From IMG/VR virus record IMGVR_UViG_3300030320_000049: a stretch of 64,000 nt of DNA. The stretch is one strand, 5' to 3'. The stretch's first letter is position 1; every line of letters starts with the position of its first letter. Shown in pieces: positions 62,007 to 64,000 of the stretch. Made by a program: the position numbers and the translations under genes. The notes under the pieces are model-generated. The model made no database searches. It saw only the letters and a list, made by a program, of their open reading frames with translations, and had not been told where the DNA came from. This stretch comes from a virus.

Positions 62007-62607
62007 GCTCGATTATCCTCCCTATTGATACCTCATATGCAGTTCTAAGCTCTACTTCATCACCAGATAATTTTTTATGATAAATCCGGCTCTGGATTCT
62101 TCCGATTATTTTTACGAAATCTCCAACCTTGAAATCAGCAGCTTCTCTGGCTTCTTTCCACCATGCTATACATGGGATATAATCTGTTCTTCGTAAGTCA
62201 TATTCGTTGCAAGCAATCATCAAATCACAGATTTCTTTTCCTCTTGGTGCTCGGCTGTACACAGGCGGTTTGCAAAGATAACCTTCCAGAATGATTTTGT
62301 TTTCATCGTCCGCGCTTCCGTCTCCACCCAATAATGTTTCTGCTTTAACTTCCAATATTAAATGTGATTTTCCATTTTCCTTTTTATTGTATGAAGTGTA
62401 TTTTCCCTCAATATAGATGTGTTCTCCAATTTTCCAGTTTTCTGCCATTCTTTCTGGTATTGCTACTGGAAGCAAATCTACGTTTCCACTGGTACGCTTT
62501 GCACCAATATAGAATCTTACGAATTTTTCTCCGTCCTTGAAAAACGTTCCTGGCTGAATATCCATTATTACGCCATATATCTGAACTTCATTCTTATTAT
62601 TCTTCAT
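61951..62607 (-). CDS. Tandem OB-fold (SSB-like) protein, paralog 2
   Basis: Two halves each with an ...V.I.GR..SR... OB-like pattern (FVKIIGRIQSRIY). Similar architecture to 62597..63214. Confidence 0.45.
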   Translation of the reverse strand: MKNNKNEVQIYGVIMDIQPGTFFKDGEKFVRFYIGAKRTSGNVDLLPVAIPERMAENWKIGEHIYIEGKYTSYNKKENGKSHLILEVKAETLLGGDGSADDENKIILEGYLCKPPVYSRAPRGKEICDLMIACNEYDLRRTDYIPCIAWWKEAREAADFKVGDFVKIIGRIQSRIYHKKLSGDEVELRTAYEVSIGRIIEHESGSEKNFASELQEVSE

Positions 62608-63214
62608 CCTCCAATTTCTCCATTTCTTTTACGGAAATCTCATATACACTTTCCGTTTCTTCCCCATTAACATAAACATCACGGCTCATTAACCTGCCAG
62701 TTACTTTAATGTAATCATTTCTTTTAACCTCTACCGCCAGATCAGCACCTTTTCCCCATAAATTGCAGCAAATAAAATCTGCTCTTTCCGAATGATCTCT
62801 TGGAATTGCTACGAAAAGATTTGAAACTTTCCTGTGCGTTACTGATGTAAGTTTTGCATATGGTTCTTTCGTGCAACTTCTGGCAATAAACTCTGCTTCG
62901 TTTATATCACCTTCTGGAACCTGTTCTTCCAGGATTTTCACTTCATCAGCTGCGATATAATTAACATTGTGGTGCTTATTTGGATTTTTAGAAGTGTCCA
63001 TGCTTCTGATTGCTCCTGTTACCACAACTTCTTTTCCGTTATAATCATTGTCACGTACAATGGAATCTTCTATAACGATTGGAAACATATCCACTGCACC
63101 GCTTTTACGAATGACTGTCAGCATGAATTTGTAATAGTATCTTCCGTAATGCTCGTGGCTGAATACTATTTCCCCGGCTCTACCGGATAATCTTACTTTA
63201 TTTAATCTTTGCAT
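62597..63214 (-). CDS. Tandem OB-fold (SSB-like) protein, paralog 1
   Basis: VRLSGRAGEIVF..., VVVTGAIRSMD and YIKVTGRLMSRDVY repeats of an OB-like pattern. Confidence 0.45.
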   Translation of the reverse strand: MQRLNKVRLSGRAGEIVFSHEHYGRYYYKFMLTVIRKSGAVDMFPIVIEDSIVRDNDYNGKEVVVTGAIRSMDTSKNPNKHHNVNYIAADEVKILEEQVPEGDINEAEFIARSCTKEPYAKLTSVTHRKVSNLFVAIPRDHSERADFICCNLWGKGADLAVEVKRNDYIKVTGRLMSRDVYVNGEETESVYEISVKEMEKLEDEE

Positions 63215-63391
63215 TTACTTTTCCTCCATTTCTAATATAATAGGAAGAAACACCATTGAGAATAAGACTGTTGATACAAAGAACACCCCGATAGCATCAA
63301 ATGATGTAAGCATCCATGTGATTGAGAAGATTACTGTAAACACCCCTATCCCTACAAATATTTCTCCTATTGTCTTTACCACCTCTTTCAT
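63215..63391 (-). CDS. 2-TM membrane protein (58 aa, below track cutoff)
   Basis: Own translation MKEVVKTIGEIFVGIGVFTVIFSITWMLTSFDAIGVFFVSTVLFSMVFLPIILEMEEK. Confidence 0.35.
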   Translation of the reverse strand: MKEVVKTIGEIFVGIGVFTVIFSITWMLTSFDAIGVFFVSTVLFSMVFLPIILEMEEK

Positions 63392-63398
63392 TTTGTCC

Positions 63399-63533
63399 TC
63401 ACTTTCTTCTGTATGTGGTTACTGCAAGTGCAGCTGCCAGAATAGCGATAATTACATTTCTTGCCATCAGCTTTTCTTCCAGATCAGCAATGATTTCACT
63501 GGAAAGTGGCTGATTTTCTCCATTTTTTTGCAT
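63399..63533 (-). CDS. C-terminally anchored small protein (44 aa)
   Basis: Own translation MQKNGENQPLSSEIIADLEEKLMARNVIIAILAAALAVTTYRRK; RBS AGGAGGA. Confidence 0.35.
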   Translation of the reverse strand: MQKNGENQPLSSEIIADLEEKLMARNVIIAILAAALAVTTYRRK

Positions 63534-63660
63534 AAAAAATCCTCCTGTTATATTTTTGTTTGTCAAATACAGGAGGTTGTGTTATAATAATCCTGTATTT
63601 AACTAACTCATTCTTAGTTAGATACCGTCCTGGTTGGTGTGTCCGCACCTTCCAGGACAC

Positions 63661-64000
63661 TTAATCTGCTTCTACAAATTTTCCATCTTTCAGCGTATAG
63701 AAAGTATCTTCCTTGATATTTTTCCCATCTACTTTTGCTGATTTAACATCTACAATATGATATTCATGATTGATCTCTTTCCACTCTGCTAAAACAATAA
63801 AACATCCAATTTTTCCTTTAGCTTTTGAATTAATTCCTGTAGCTAATGCAATACTTTCTTTTCCTTCTACAATTGCCGCTGAATAATTTCCGGTATTGGT
63901 TGCCGCTGACTGATTTCCGGTATTGGTTGCCGCTGACTGATATCCGGTATTGGTTGCCGCTGACTGATATCCGGTATTGGTTGCCGCTGACCGATTTCCG
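63661..64000 (-). CDS. C-terminal part of a repeat-containing (beta-helix/fibre-like) protein; N-terminus outside window
   Basis: Own translation ...GNRSAATNTGYQSAATNTGYQSAATNTGNQSAATNTGNYSAAIVEGKESIALATGINSKAKGKIGCFIVLAEWKEINHEYHIVDVKSAKVDGKNIKEDTFYTLKDGKFVEAD*. Confidence 0.6.
   Translation of the reverse strand, partial: GNRSAATNTGYQSAATNTGYQSAATNTGNQSAATNTGNYSAAIVEGKESIALATGINSKAKGKIGCFIVLAEWKEINHEYHIVDVKSAKVDGKNIKEDTFYTLKDGKFVEAD
63873..64000 (-). repeat. 27-nt tandem repeat (4.7 copies visible) encoding nonapeptide SAATNTG(Y/N)(Q/Y)
   Basis: Units start at 63873, 63900, 63927, 63954 and 63981; nearly identical at DNA level. Confidence 0.85.

Noticed and set aside
63873-64000. Possible CRISPR array, because of regularly spaced near-identical repeats.
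   Set aside because: The units are directly adjacent (27-nt period, no spacers) and lie in frame within an ORF, encoding a nonapeptide repeat.
1-64000. Genome-wide stop-codon reassignment (TGA or TAG recoding), suggested by the UCA-anticodon tRNA.
   Set aside because: The tape measure, portal, terL, capsid, RtcB and Rad50-like genes are all uninterrupted under the standard code. The three broken genes involve two frameshifts and one TAA, not TGA.

Overview
The window is essentially one temperate, long-tailed (siphovirus-type) phage genome from a low-GC Firmicute. The gene content looks Clostridia/Lachnospiraceae-like: DUF4317, YopX, XhlA-like, Ltp-like, replisome organiser. About 95% of genes are on the minus strand.

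Gene order on the minus strand, from high to low coordinate:
- Partial repeat-rich protein and two tiny membrane proteins.
- Recombination/replication module: two tandem-OB paralogs, Rad50/SbcC-like ATPase, a 1-kb non-coding repeat region, RecT-like protein, split MBL nuclease, SSB, GIY-YIG, DNA methyltransferase, many small ORFs, YopX, DUF4317, replisome organiser.
- Tyrosine integrase with a tRNA-derived attP, then DUF4417.
- About 1 kb of non-coding DNA with an orphan consensus promoter.
- A short plus-strand operon (35745-38224) led by a J-domain protein.
- Genetic switch: XRE repressor and divergent promoters.
- Putative terS.
- A 9.5-kb RNA island: split HNH, tRNA-Gln, 2x tRNA-CAU, an interrupted tRNA-Val, several tRNA-like RNAs, a DUF2828/vWA protein, about 15 tiny ORFs and RtcB RNA ligase.
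- terL, portal, scaffold, decoration protein, major capsid.
- A 3.4-kb cassette of odd Gly/Cys/Gln-rich proteins.
- Head-tail joining genes, major tail protein, G/GT chaperones and a 2004-aa tape measure.
- A terminator, then antirepressor, HTH protein and an Ltp-like exclusion protein.

The most interesting signal is the RtcB + Ro60-like vWA protein + tRNA/tRNA-like RNA island. It includes a tRNA-Val whose anticodon stem carries a 40-nt insert, a UCA-anticodon tRNA, anticodon-arm-less mini-tRNA folds and Cas12a-repeat-like hairpins.

All family calls come from motif recognition by eye. No database search or RNA folding program was run.
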